Shown in pieces: positions 14,723-28,064 of a stretch of 64,000 bases of DNA. Position 1 is the stretch's first letter. Each line of letters opens with the position of its first letter. Under the pieces are notes generated by a model. The model saw nothing but the letters and a program-made list of their open reading frames with translations. It had not been told where the DNA came from and made no database searches. A program made the position numbers and the translations under genes. The stretch comes from Octopus vulgaris. Lineage: Eukaryota. Location: assembly GCA_951406725.2 (NCBI GenBank), contig OX597826.1, positions 41,788,001 to 41,852,000 of the forward strand, given 5' to 3'.

Positions 14723-15204
14723 TTATCTATCTGTCTGTCTATCTATCTATCTATCTATCTACCTATCTATCTATATATGCACTGTAACTCGTTAATCGAT
14801 CATACTCACACACACACACACATATACAGATACATATAATGTATGTATAAATATGTACCTATATATACATATACATATACATAAACCCACATATATATAT
14901 ATATATATAACTATATTCATATATGTATGTGTATATATGTATGCGTATATATTTGTGCGTGTGTGTGTGAGAATGCGTGTATGCGCAAGTGTGTAAACTC
15001 GGACATACACATACACTCACACTCGCACAAATATAGCTGAGAAACTGTTCACGAATAACTAAATAAACACATAAATAATATAGTGTTATATAAATAGCAT
15101 TTAATGTTTCATAATACTCTTCCGCAGTTACATACACAGACGCGCTGATACATACATGCACACATACATACATATGTATACATGCATACATACACATGTA
15201 TACT

Positions 15205-15251
<47 letters not shown>

Positions 15252-15282
15252 ATGTGTGTATGTGCGTGTGCGTGTGTGTATG

Positions 15283-15343
<61 letters not shown>

Positions 15344-16119
15344 GCACGAATATACGTGTATGCATATATGTGTCTATGCTATATGCGTGTGTTCTTATTT
15401 CAGGAGAACAGATGTCGATGACGCCCTTAGAAGAGAACGCATTATTTAACAATAGAGAATGTGATACAGGGTGGTATTCCGAGGAGAGTTTAACGATAAT
15501 ACAAAAGTATAAGGGTCGGATGTGTTGGATGGGTGTAGGGTTATATATCTGACGATTCTGAATGCTTGTTATAAATACACAGAAATTTTCTTGAATATTT
15601 ATTTATGATTGTTAATTTGAAATAAGCTTTCATGTAGAAATCTGTCGAAAATTGCTTGAGAAAGTGGAAAAAAAAATGGACCACGATATGAAGTCATAGA
15701 GTTGCTGATGGTCGCCATATCTGTTACAAATGATATCACATACCACACGCAAATAACGATTCAAAATATTTCTTTTATTTTTTTTCTTTCTGCCTTTTGT
15801 TAGGCTAAGTAAGCTAAGGTGGTCGAGTGGCAAAACTATTGAGCACCGATCATATTTTCTTGTTAGATCTGTTTAAGCTTTGGGTGTTCTACTAATTATT
15901 CAATTTCAATTCTTATTTTTTATAGACGCATGCCGTGTATTTCTTTTTTTCTTCCCTCGGATTTTTGTTTTGGAGATGTAGCATATTTTAGAAAGCAATT
16001 AAGCTTTTATCAGGTGTTATTCTACATCTTTGTGCATTTTGATTCGAGACGAATGTTCTTAGGGAGGGGGGTCTTCATTCAAGAATAAATTTTCTTTTGA
16101 CACGATTTAAAATTTAATG

Positions 16120-16549
16120 GGATCTTTTCGGTTTGAACGGCAGTTTTTTCTAGCGGTGTCATATGAAATTGTCACCCATAATTATGATCCTAGTATCGAT
16201 CTATTGCATTTCTGTTTGTTTTAGGGTTAGGATTAGTTAGGGTTAAGGGTGGGGGAAGGGTATATATTTTTTTCTTCACAAATGTAAATAAACTCAATCT
16301 GTTTCTTAAACGAGGGACATATTCATACGGCACAGAATGTTTTTTTTACCTCAATAGACGTCAGTGATTGGTTGAAATTGCAGAAATTGAAGAAAAATAA
16401 CAACAAATATCTTACAAACTATAGAATTTTCTCAATAAAGCCAAGAGAACAAGATGTTTTATAAACATATTCTACCAGTATACGAAGTTCAAAATTTTTT
16501 AGTTATCTAGAAATTATGTTAAAAACTGCCGTTCAAACCGAAAAGATCC
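16120..16549. mobile_element. MITE with 29-bp perfect TIRs and 8-bp TSD (Merlin-like, tentative)
   Basis: TIR ggatcttttcggtttgaacggcagttttt at 16120-16148 and its reverse complement at 16521-16549. TSD atttaatg at 16112-16119 and 16550-16557. Internal ttagggttag repeats. Confidence 0.92.
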
Positions 16550-18009
16550 ATTTAATGTCCTTTGTTGTCATCACTATTATTGTTGTTCTTGTTACTGTAG
16601 CTATGATTGAAGGCAGTGCTTCAGCATGACCCCGTCCATTGTGGCTGAAAAAAACTGAAAAACACTGAGGCTCCATTTTGGCTCCTTCATGTTGCTTTCA
16701 GCTGCTTACAAGAAAGTTGTTGTTGTTGTTGCTGCTGCTGGTGGTGGTCGTGGGTTTAATAGTATTGGTGATGGTAGTGGTGAGTTTAATGGTGGTGGTG
16801 GTGGTGGTGGTGGTGGTAGTGAGATGAAGTGGAAAAAAAGGAGGGTTGTGATCTTCGTATGTTTTTCCCACCCTACCAACGGGATATTAACACATTAACA
16901 TTGGGATCAATCATTAATTGAAACCATATTGAGGAAGATGTTTGCCTGGGATTGAAATCTTGCCCTACCAGAACAACTCTCTGATATTCCAACAGATAAC
17001 AACAAGAACAACAGTAAATCGTAATTTTTGTTGTTTTTGCTGACTTATCATGTTTCATGTTTAAAATGTAAGATAAAGTATCATTTATTTCTTGATTTTC
17101 ATATTGAAAATAAACAATTATCAGAGCCTGTTTTTGTCCTAAGAAAGAAAAAAAAGAAAAAAAAAAAAGAAACAAACTAATATCTATATATATAAAAACA
17201 CAAAAATGGAATTCTCCGAATATCTGTTCTCTTGAAACCAAATCTAGTTAAGATCCATAAAGGAGGACTATTTCTAATGGTTTTATATACGCCTAGGGCC
17301 TTAAATCCCAAGGGAATTCTAAAAATGCCTTTAGGTTATTATATTTCTGCAATGGGTGGGGGTAATAAATGATTTTATTAGATCAGGGGTATTCTTTTTC
17401 ATTTCTTTTGAAAACTTTGTACAATGCTGGAGTCTATGTAGATTATTTCAATCTAATTGCAATATGAGTATCTCAAGTTCAATCTCAACAAAGGTGCTAT
17501 TTTTATATTTCTAACAAAATTCGATACTGTTTTTATTATCTAAATATTTTCTTTATTAAGATCACTTTCTGGGTTAGAAATGTCCTTTTCACTTGCATTA
17601 TAATCAGAATGAACAATGGTGGAAACTGGTAGATACGGTGGAACGTCAGACATGTCATGTATAATGTTACGTTCCTTCATGTTCCGAGTTCAAATCCTGC
17701 CAGCGTCTACTTTGTGGTTTATCTTTCAGAAATCGATAAAATAAATACCAGTTTAATATTTGTGTCGAATTAATCAATGAAATATCTTAAATTTATGATC
17801 ATGTACATGTGTTAGAAAATGGAGAAGAGTGGCGAAGCAAACGATTGAGTCTTCGAATCCCATTGTACATGGTGGAATTGTAGAAACACTAAAGTACCGG
17901 AATAAATATCAAGTACAACCGAAATTTCCTAGTATATCTTCTGTGTGTTGTATTTTGTTTTCGAAAATCTACGTTGAATTCAAATCCTGCTCTGTTTATA
18001 ACCAAGAGA

Positions 18010-18982
18010 TATAATTCCTAATATCCCAGAATACCAAAGTATAAATAGACACCTTGAGATGAGGCTATATCTTACTGCTGTAGAATACAGATAAACTGGT
18101 ATGTGATAAGTAAAGGCTTCATTAGTTGATAGTGTTCAGATGTCCTCCTCCAATAATAAGACTCACATCGGAAGGGGAATTAACTCCGTTTGGCTGACAT
18201 GACCAAGACTCACTATACTCAAAAATATTTTTTTAAATGTATCCTTTTGTTGTAATATTCTTCTTAATAATCTTCTGAATAACCCTAAATTTTAACTTTA
18301 TTCAATATGGCAATATTGTTTAAAATATTTAATTATAGTACCCCATGATAAAATTTCTCCTGTCTCTATCAATGCTCTACTAGTGGCTTGCCCCTTTAAT
18401 TGTCCGCTAACATCTTGATTTAAGATTTCCTTTACCAAATCTCATTATATTGCTTCAAATTAATCTTGATAGTTTTATGACTATACCCACTATGATTTCT
18501 GTCAACTCCCTCAGTCCCCTTCCTAAAGACACTGCTCCTTGTTCTTTGGCTTTAGATTTTGATATACAAAGATTTGATAAGCAAGACTATAAATTAAAAC
18601 TGACCCCAAAATAACAGTGACAAGCTAGATCTTAAACAAGTCTTTTTTCCTGATACCTTAGTAGCTTCTAAGCTGAAGGGAAGACAGCATGTTTTTTGTC
18701 TATCTCCTTTACTTTCTTGGAGGTTTTAGGTAAAATTATACTAATGTGTCCATCGGTTTTAATTTAAATTAATTATATGTCTGTATGCATCTGGGGATTG
18801 CTATGCATTTAAATTGATGTAATGATTGCATTGTTCAATTAAATGGAGTTGCTTGAAACGATCGTACTGCATTACCTCTGGATATCTTTGTTGCTTATTT
18901 TAATCATCTTATTTTGAAATTGTATGGATAATACCTTGCTAAATTCTGGTGCCTCAACTGAAGTACCTAATTCATCTGAATC
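18010..18982 (+). mobile_element. HHR-bearing element, family H1, copy with decayed core
   Basis: 18716-18982 is homologous to 56054-56327, 59843-59979 and (inverted) 58600-58830. The interior is homologous to 59350-59470. A (TATG)n tract follows. Confidence 0.8.
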
Positions 18983-18994
18983 TAAATTTTTGCT

Positions 18995-19026
<32 letters not shown>

Positions 19027-19384
19027 TGTATGTATGTATGTATGTATGTATGTATGTATTTATGTATGTATGTACTTATGTGTGTGTGTGAAATTGATAA
19101 TTAAATATAATTTACGATAAAAATCTGCGGTTTCATTTTGTATCAAACACCAACGACTTCAGAGCAAAACACTCACACTACAGTCTGCGTGCATTTAGTG
19201 TCTCTGACCACCACGCACTCTCACTCCAGTTGTTTCTTTAATTTTTCGATATATATATATATTATATATATAGGTGCAGGCGTGGTTGAGTGTCAAGAAG
19301 TTTGCTTCCCAAACACATGGTCCTCCGGCGACCAGGCAAAAAATATATATTGAGTATGTGCATTCGGTAATGTTTAAACACTAA

Positions 19385-19617
19385 ACATGCCAAGCGTTGG
19401 TGGTGGGCAAACACAGACACAAAGATTGACAAACGCATAAATATACATATACATATATACACGACAAGCTTTCAAGTTCCATCTACCAAATCCATTCACA
19501 ACACTTTTGTTAGCCCGAGGCTTTTGTAGAAGACACTTGTCCAAGCTGCTACGCAGGACTGAACCTAGAACCATGTGGTTAGGAAGCAAATATTTTACTA
19601 CAGAGCCACGTCTGCGC
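19385..19617 (-). mobile_element. Family E SINE, 5' half
   Basis: Reverse complement of the 9799 head and CORE region. Confidence 0.8.
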
Positions 19618-19952
19618 CAATATCGACAAAAATATTCTTCTGAAATTCTACAACGTCCTTTTCGAAGCTAAAGAAGTTATTTGAGAGAATTTTTCCTTAT
19701 ATATGAAGAAATTGGAGGACATCGTTCAGTTACCGCCAGTTCTGCATTTCAAATTTATGTTTCAGACATTTTCCACCATTATTCGTCACTAAAATTATCT
19801 TCAGCAATTAATACTAATTAGATGCCTCCTCAAATTTCTAGAAATGCCTATTTATCGAACAAACTTATTAAAACATGTAAACAAGAAAGATAATCCTCAG
19901 ACATGCTACGTACACGAGTGTTGTGTATCTTATAAATGTACATGCGTGTATA

Positions 19953-20038
<86 letters not shown>

Positions 20039-20613
20039 CATACATACATACACACATCTCCGAAAACACTGGTTATAGTCTTACTGAGAATAATTTTAGG
20101 AAATAAAGATACTCCAGTCAGAAGGAAGTAGAAACCACATCTTGCGGCAGTTTGCCAACTGCGTCTCGAATGACATTTAACCAATTCCATTTAATTGATT
20201 CTACCGTCGTCCGTCTTAAACGATTATCTCAGCTTTCACACGGGTTAGTAGTAGCAAAGAGAACTCATTATACTAGGTTTGCATTTGAATTTTACATGAG
20301 TTAAATTGGTGTAGCGGATTTCATGTAGTGAGTAAAGTAAATCTAATTAATTAAGTACATGAAGAGGAATACACATTAATGAGAAGAAACAAACTGCCAA
20401 TGGGTAGGAGATATAAGGAGTTGGAGTGAATAAACACTGGTGGAACTGGAGAAAAAACTCTGAGTATAACCCCTGCATAAAAGCGAGCAGTTAAGTGATT
20501 GTTGACTTATCTATATCATCTTAGTAATCTTTTAGCATCGTAGTTTAGAAGTTACATAAAATAGAAAATACTGGATATGTTTAGGAAATTTACTAACTAG
20601 AAGTAAATTTAGT

Positions 20614-20896
20614 TCTGAGTCATAACATCGACGACAAAGTGGATCATAACATGAAAACTAAAGTGGGTCTTAACATCAAAGTCACGCTGAGTCTTAACAT
20701 TTAAAGTACGGTGGGTCATAACAGCAGAAACACGATGGATCATATAAACAATAAGAATCTTGCGGAATAACATCAAAGCTAAGGTATAGGTCATAACATC
20801 AAAGCTGGGTCATAACGTCAAAGCCAAGCTGTGTCATAACAGAGAGTTAAGTTGGCTGATAACATTGAAGACAAGCTGGATTATAACATCAAGGCG
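20614..20896. repeat. Degenerate 24-bp tandem array, about 12 units
   Basis: Conserved tg(g/a)(g/a)tcataacatc followed by a variable half, with a period mostly of 24 bp. Confidence 0.9.
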
Positions 20897-21374
20897 AGAT
20901 TAGAATTACACTACCAAACGTTTTCTCGCTTTATTGGCTCCAATTTAAGAGTTGATATGACTGCTGTTTCTAGCTGGTCGAGTTGATAGCAAGGTTGTTT
21001 GTAACTCTTCCAGGATATAAAATTATTCTCCTATATCTATATTTTTAAATTGAAATATTTTTGTTTCTCAGTGGATGGCTAGGGTTAAAATAAAACCTGC
21101 CCAGTTTTAAAAGAAAAACAAAAAGCTAACTGAAGTGACAGCTGTCCGAAATTCTAAATTGGAGTCAATGGTTAAAAACCGATAAGAAAAGCAGACACAA
21201 AACAAAAAGCACAGCTTGAGAAAGTTGCAGTTTTTCTGTTCAATAATTCACACAACACATGCATGTATGTCCATTAATATACATTGCTTCAGAGGGCAAA
21301 TACTACAAATATTATCTTGTCAGAAGTATTTTAATACACATGCATATACAATGAATGTGTACAAGACAACAAGG

Positions 21375-21656
21375 TAGCCATGATATGGTCATTCCATTTG
21401 CTAGAAATGGCAGGCTAGTCTCCCTCAAACCACACACACACCGTCTTCAAAAAAAAGAAAGACACAATTGGTCCAGGATATAGAAAACTACACTTGTGAT
21501 CACAGGTTTGTTTGATCAGAACTGACCTGGGATTAAACATCAAGAGCATACATGACATCATGCATACACTCAATGCTACATACATACATGCATACAAGCA
21601 TACATGCATGCATACATACATACATACATACATACATACATACATACATACATACA

Positions 21657-21687
<31 letters not shown>

Positions 21688-21837
21688 TTATATACATTCA
21701 TTCATTCATTCATTCATTCCACTGCAACATAAATGATATAATAATGGTTTTAAATTTTGGCACAAGGCCAGCAACTTCAGGCGAAATGCCGCTTAGCATT
21801 TTGTCCGGCATGCTAACGATTTTGTCAGCTCGACGCT

Positions 21838-21891
<54 letters not shown>

Positions 21892-22075
21892 TTGTGAGAA
21901 AAGGCGAGAAGTTTTGCGAGAAGGAGTTTAGTCGTAGACGTCGATCCTAGTATTCTATTAATACTTTATTTTACCGTTCCTGCAGGAATGAAACCAAACT
22001 TGACGTGGGTGAGATTTGAATTCCGTATCGGATAAAATACCACGAAGCAAATCTAATGCTTCTGCCAATTTCTGA
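21375..22075. mobile_element. Family D SINE tail (+, 21375-21545) and family B fragments (-, 21745-22075) between microsatellites
   Basis: Homology to the other copies in the window. Confidence 0.6.
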
Positions 22076-22674
22076 CTGAAATGTACCTTATGTGGAAATT
22101 AAGGCAGTCGACGAAGCAATAAGCAACGACAAAAAACAAAAAAAAACAACCTATTTTTGCGCCCTTAACTCTGTCCACAGTTGCCGTAGGCTGGAATTTT
22201 AAGACGAGAATATTGCATAGTGGTATTTGAGAATTTAAAGCTTGGAGTGAAAGAGGGAGAGAGGGAGAGAGAGAGTGAGTGAAATAGAGAATAGGAGATA
22301 GAGAGAGTGTATATGTGTGAGTGGGAGAGACAGAGAGACATACAGACAAAGAGAAGAGTGATGGCACGGGTGGCGGTAGTGGTTTGTGTAAACATATTCA
22401 CTTGCACCGCGTATATCTGAAAAAAATTCAAAATCAATAAGATTGATTTCAACTCCAAAAACTTATAGTAGTTTAACAATTTCTGTAAATTTCTTTTAAT
22501 AATCGATCGAACTTAACTTATTCCCAGCAAGTGCAATGAAAAAAACCTATTGACTTTAATAAGTTGAATACCCATTTAGAAATGGTAGGTTGTGGTCTTT
22601 CTATGTTTCACCTCTTAGTTTCCATTTACTCAATTTTCTTTTGTGAGTGTTGTAAAATCGAAGTTGTGACACTG

Positions 22675-22716
22675 CCAGATGGATACCAGATGGATACCAG
22701 ATGGATACCAGATGGA
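22675..22716. repeat. (CCAGATGGATA)x4 tandem repeat
   Basis: Direct reading, 11-bp unit, last unit incomplete. Confidence 0.95.
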
Positions 22717-22814
22717 AACTAATTGTATACTTATATCTTTATTATTAAATATTATAAGGAACTGAATTGTATTTTAAAAATTGTTGAAAATATTCCGTGT
22801 ATATTAGAAATATA

Positions 22815-22962
22815 TATTTCTTTATTGCCCACAAGGGGCTAAACATAGAGGGGACAAACAAGGACAGACAGAAGGATTAAGTCGATTACATCGACCCCGG
22901 TGCGAAACAGGTACTTTATTTATCGACCCCGAAAGGATGAAAGGCAAAGTTGACCTCGGGAC
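22815..22962 (-). mobile_element. 5'-truncated family B SINE
   Basis: Family B 3' half. TSD attagaaatata at 22803-22814 and 22963-22974. Confidence 0.92.
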
Positions 22963-23090
22963 ATTAGAAATATAAGCAAGTTATTATCTTAGTATGGCTC
23001 CCTTAGTGTAGGGGATGGGCAATATTGAACCCTGCCTAGGATGTTTCATTGCTGTCTGCATACGCCTTTACCAACAAGACCACCAGGACA

Positions 23091-23211
23091 GCCGACGACC
23101 ATATCACGTTTGAATGCAGCGGTTCTCATCCGATCACTGAGGTTAAGAAATGTCTAGCCTACTTAGTACTTAGATGGGTGATTGCTTGAGAAACCGGGGT
23201 GCAGTAAGCAT
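23091..23211 (+). pseudogene. 5S rRNA pseudogene, full length and diverged
   Basis: gccgacgaccatatcacgtttgaa...gttctcatccgatcactgaggttaag...ttagtacttagatgggtga...ggtgcagtaagca is colinear with invertebrate 5S rRNA. Many substitutions and no T4 terminator immediately downstream. Confidence 0.9.
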
Positions 23212-23217
23212 CTTACA

Positions 23218-23472
23218 ATTTACTATCTTTTACTTGTTTCAGTCATTAGACTGTGGCCATTTTGGGGCACCGCCTTAAAGACTTTATTGAATGTATTAAC
23301 CACAATACTCATTTTTAAAGCCTAGTACTTATACTATCGATCTGTTTTGCCTAATCCCTAATTTACAGTTAACAAGTGGTGGTGGTTGCGTGTGTGAGTG
23401 GGTGGGGGCAAACACACACACACACTACGGGTTTCTTTCAGTTTCCGTCTACCTAAAATCCACTCACAAGAC
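23218..23472 (-). mobile_element. Family E SINE, 3' part
   Basis: ttttacttgtttcagtcattagactgtggcca...tttcagtttccgtctacc. Confidence 0.8.
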
Positions 23473-23473
23473 T

Positions 23474-23530
<57 letters not shown>

Positions 23531-23629
23531 TAATCACAGTGTACAATATTATAGATTCATTCCAGCCAATTTTACCAATAGGTTTCGTACTGGGTACTGG
23601 ATGACCAGATATTAGATAGTGTGCGTGCG

Positions 23630-23687
<58 letters not shown>

Positions 23688-25049
23688 AATATCAACACAT
23701 CTAGCAACGATTTTGTAACGTTCTGGACGTATATAAGTAAATCCGTAGCAAACACAGAGAAAAATTTATTAGTAGTACTATTAGCAAAGGGCGGTAGATG
23801 CACGAATGTTAAAAGTAAATGTACAATTACCACTTTTTATTTAGTTGCATATTGTGGGGTTTAGTGAAAGAGTGGTGAAATGACAGACAATGTAATAGCA
23901 GACTAAAATCTTCTGGGATCAAACTCTGTTGAGGCTGACTTTGCCCATCATTGTTCTGGCCAACGACGAAAATCCTGCTATGGATCCACATTAAATCCAT
24001 TATTCATGAGCCTCACTAAATAATATGTAGCCTCTTGCCAAGTATAAGTAAACAACAGCGATATCAGCAAGAACAACAACGACAACACACCAACAGCATA
24101 ATGATCCAAGGCGGAAACTACGAGCTAATATGAGAAATGCTGCGTCTTCCCTCAATCTGCAAGAAATAGCAACTAAATCGCACTCAGATTACCACTTGTA
24201 TGAGGACAGGAGACAGACATCAGCAACAACAATTAGCCCTTTAGGTCATAGTTGACTGGATTGGACACCACCACAACAACAATGACAATACTAGCAGAAC
24301 CCCCATCATTAATAACGATAAATATAATACTACGACAAAAACTATAGCAATACCATACCGTATCTAAATCATTGATTCTAACTTGTATACAATAATAAAC
24401 GATACATTTAGGAGCGAGAGGGAGGTTCTGATCCTATTCAATAAACTTCCGGTGTATTGTTTGCCAAAATGATATTACTCTCAGACGGGGAGGGGAAATA
24501 ACTAAATACCACAAGATGTGTTTTCTCTCCTTCCACTACACCCCACAATTCGTAAATACAGCGCCCTCGCTCGTGTCATATAAGACAATCATGTTAAATT
24601 GTACATTGTAAAATGTACATCTTTATGGCTATTTTTCTATTACCACCATCTTGTTATTAGCTGTCACCTGAAATCGATTTTCAGGTTTAATAGCGCAGGG
24701 CGACGTATTGTTCTGGTTTGTAGACACAAACCGGAATCAAACACCTTTGCAAGCTGACTCATTTTCTCCTCTCCTCCCTTTCACTTCTTCACTCAGTTGT
24801 CTGGCTTTAAGTAGTGATGAGGGTGGTTGAGTGATAATCAAATTTAAATAATATTGTTGTTGTTTGTGGTACTGTTAGTCGTTGTTGTTCACAATTTGTG
24901 GCGACGACAAAAGACTTGCTCAGCTTCTTCTCTCTAGTATGGTCTGTTTCTGTTTCTCACCAGAAGGGTACAAGTTTGTCACCATCGTTTCCAGCATTGT
25001 GATCTAATGGCAGGACCTCTTTTTCTGTTTGACTGTCTATCTGTCTGCG

Positions 25050-25122
<73 letters not shown>

Positions 25123-25129
25123 ATATATC

Positions 25130-25460
25130 AACTCGACTCCGTCGATCACGAATGATCATGGGTTCCCCTCTGGGATACAAGTCTGGGCAGAAAGTCGCCT
25201 CATCGGTAAACGCACAATCTAGGGTTGTTTTTATGGAAGACAACAGTCGCCCATGCATACCAGCCTCCCCTCTCCACGCCACCGATGGTATTCAAGGGAA
25301 AGGCAAAAGCTGATACAGCTTGGCACCAGTGATGTCGTAACTCATTTCTATAGCTGAGTGAACTGGAGTGAGGTGAAATAAAGTGTCTTGCTCAAGATAA
25401 GAGCACAACACGCAGCCCATTCAGGGAATCGAACTCACAACCTCACGATCGTATCCTCGA
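25130..25460 (-). mobile_element. CORE-like tRNA SINE, family C
   Basis: Minus strand has B box gagttcgattccc and cttgagcaagacactttatttcac. The 3' end adjoins an (AG)n tract. Confidence 0.8.
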
Positions 25461-25617
25461 CGTCGTGTATTGGAATGTAGTACCTTGACATTTTCAGGCA
25501 ATGCTGCTGATCACGTGTGATGTCTTCTACAGAAAAGTGACAGAATAGACATTTTCAGTTGCATCTCGGGGCTCTAAGGACTTCATTTACTCTTTTGTAT
25601 CATGTATTTTCTAGCGA

Positions 25618-26009
25618 GTGGAGGCGCAATGGCCCAGTGGTCAGGGCAGCGGACTCGCGGTCACATGATCACGGTTTCGATTCCCAGACCGGGCGTTGTG
25701 AGTGTTTATTGAGCGAAAACACCTATAAAGCTCCACGAGGCTCCGGTAGGGGATGGTGGTGATCCCTGCTGTACTCTTTCACCACAACTTTCTCTCACTC
25801 TTACTTCCTGTTTCTGTTGTACCTGTATTTCAAGGGGCCGGCCTTGTCACTCTCTGTGTCACGCTGAATATCCCCGAGAACTACGTTAAGGGTGCACGTG
25901 TCTGTGGAGTGCTCAGCCACTTACACTTTGATTTCACGAGCAGGCTGTTCCGTTGATCGGATCAACCGGAACCCTCATCGTCGTTACCGACGGAGTGCTT
26001 CCATCCATC
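25618..26009 (+). mobile_element. SINE family A, full length
   Basis: Near-identical to the 2786 copy. TSD attttctagc(g/t)a at 25606-25617 and 26010-26021. Confidence 0.95.
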
Positions 26010-26029
26010 ATTTTCTAGCTATCTCCTTT

Positions 26030-26640
26030 TCTTGGATTGAAATTGCATATCCTTTGAAATGTGATATGATGCAGCGATCACAAGTCCAAGAGTGGGAACA
26101 CTTCATGTCAATACAACTGTCGTCTTCATGTCTGCGGGAAACGCTCACATGCATTGTATTTTCTCCTTCTTTTTCTTTTGGTGTGTTGAGCGTTTCACAT
26201 CTAGGTTTTCTTTGAAGTATGTTAGTCCAGCTGCTTTGAGGTTGTCATGAAGAGAGTGCATCTTGAGGAGCTCCCATCCAACACGCAGGATGTCGTTCTC
26301 TTCGCTTTTCAACACTAAGTTAAGTATTTATTTTTGCAGCTGTTGTTTAGTAGTGCTGTCTGAGAAAAGCTCCACGACACTCGAAAACTCTCTGACCTGA
26401 TCTCAAGCCTCAACCTCCTTCGGCTCTTCTTAGATAGGGTTTGTCGATAACACTGTTTCCGTGGAAGTTTTCAACTGATATCAGGATCTTGTGGGCTTCT
26501 ATGTCTACGGAGTGAATTTCCTTTACAGCATCCCAAATGTTGGTATAGGCTCTGGTACTGAAATTACATTGTGGGATATAGCTTTGTAAAAGGAGAGTTC
26601 CGACTACCGTATTTTTCTAAGCCTGATGCGATATTCTTTA
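26030..26640 (-). mobile_element. R4/Dong-like non-LTR retrotransposon, post-RT region, decayed
   Basis: EIHSVDIEAHKILISVENFHGNSVIDKPYLRRAEGG*GLRS resembles ELxxLDxKTRKxL...H...DxxRLYxxRxxGGRGL. Confidence 0.75.
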
Positions 26641-26849
26641 TTCACGGTACCTTCCTATGGTGTGCATACATGCATGCATACCTGCATACATGTATGTATG
26701 TATGTATGTATGTATGTATGTATGTATGTATGTATGTATGTATGTATGTATGTATGTATGTATGTATGTATGTGTGTATGTATGTATGCATGTTCTATAT
26801 CTCTTTCTCACTTTAGAGTAAATTTCGACCGGCCACCCACTTGGTAGCA

Positions 26850-27160
26850 AGGTTGGGAAGGAGAGTGTCTTGTTTTAACCATCGACATTTAAATCTTAAG
26901 TTCTTGCAGATTTTTATAGTCCCAGACATCATCATCATTTGTTGCATAAGAAGTAAGGATTTACATTCTCTCCCCCAAGATCCCAAATTCAGCCATACTT
27001 CTCCAGATGGGTTGGTATGTATCCTGTTGCTCCAATAATAATAGCTGAAAGTTTATCTTGGGTGCTGGATTTGCAAACTCCTTATCAATGGTTTACAGAT
27101 GTCTTTCTCTTGTACTTTTTCTAACCACATTCGTATCTAGAGGGCAGTTGATTTCTACAA
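26850..27160 (-). mobile_element. R4/Dong-like restriction-like endonuclease C-terminus
   Basis: VEINCPLDTNVVRK...EKD...LIRSLQ...IIIGATGYIP. Confidence 0.7.
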
Positions 27161-27372
27161 AAGAGCATGTATGTGTGTAGGTATGCATGCATGATCTGTT
27201 TTAATACTTTCTGTGGGGAACGAGTTGGTTTCTAACAAAGATACAAAGCTCTGTCACTGAAATGTAGATAAAAACAAAGTCACATTTTAAACTTGAGAAG
27301 AGTTTTGCATATTTTTACTTTTCCACTTACAGATTGTATTTGTACTGTATGCATGTACATACGTACATATGC

Positions 27373-27698
27373 GAGTGAAGGCGCGTGGTTCAGTGGTTAG
27401 GGTGTTCATCTCAGAATCGTAAGGTCGTGTGTTCAATGCCTCGCGGTGCATTGTGTTCTTGATCAAGACACTTCATTTCAGGTTATTCCAGTTTATACAG
27501 CTGGCAAAGATGAGTGTACCTATAATTCAAAAGGCAAGTCGTGTCACATTCTGTATCATGCTGAATTTTCTTGAGAACTATGTTAGTGGTACGCGTGTCT
27601 GTGGAATGCTCAGCCTCTTGCACGTTAATTTCACGAGCAGGCTGTTCTGTTGATCGAATCAACTGGAATCCTCGTCGCCGCAACCGACAGAGCGCCAC
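27373..27698 (+). mobile_element. Older SINE with a CORE-like middle and family A 3' half
   Basis: tRNA head, tgttcttgatcaagacacttcatttca, then cacgttaatttcacgagcaggctgttc as in family A. Confidence 0.8.
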
Positions 27699-27717
27699 GA
27701 CGTATACATGCATGTAC

Positions 27718-27788
<71 letters not shown>

Positions 27789-28064
27789 CATATATATATG
27801 TATAAGTATATATGACGTGTGTGTGGAGAGAGAGAGTAGTGGGTATATGTTCGAATATTTATGATATTCGCTTCACAACCAGGAGTTTCAGAGTTCGACT
27901 CTACACATTGAGATCGAATCCACGACCCTAAAGTGCGAGGCTAAATACCATTTTTCTGTATCACAGATCCACCAATACCCTGTGAGTTAAGATAGACGGA
28001 AACAGTGTAGAATTCCGTCGAATGGATTGTGCCTGTTATTCGAAAGGTACATTACATATATACA

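Noticed and set aside
15393-15552. Possible plus-strand exon after ttatttcag
   Set aside because: No recognisable product or convincing donor, and it is isolated.
17210-17600. Possible decayed TE coding sequence
   Set aside because: No diagnostic motif could be read.
20614-20896. CRISPR-like constant/variable array
   Set aside because: The 24-bp period is too short, the variable parts are related to each other, the context is eukaryotic and there are no cas genes. Kept only as a tandem array.
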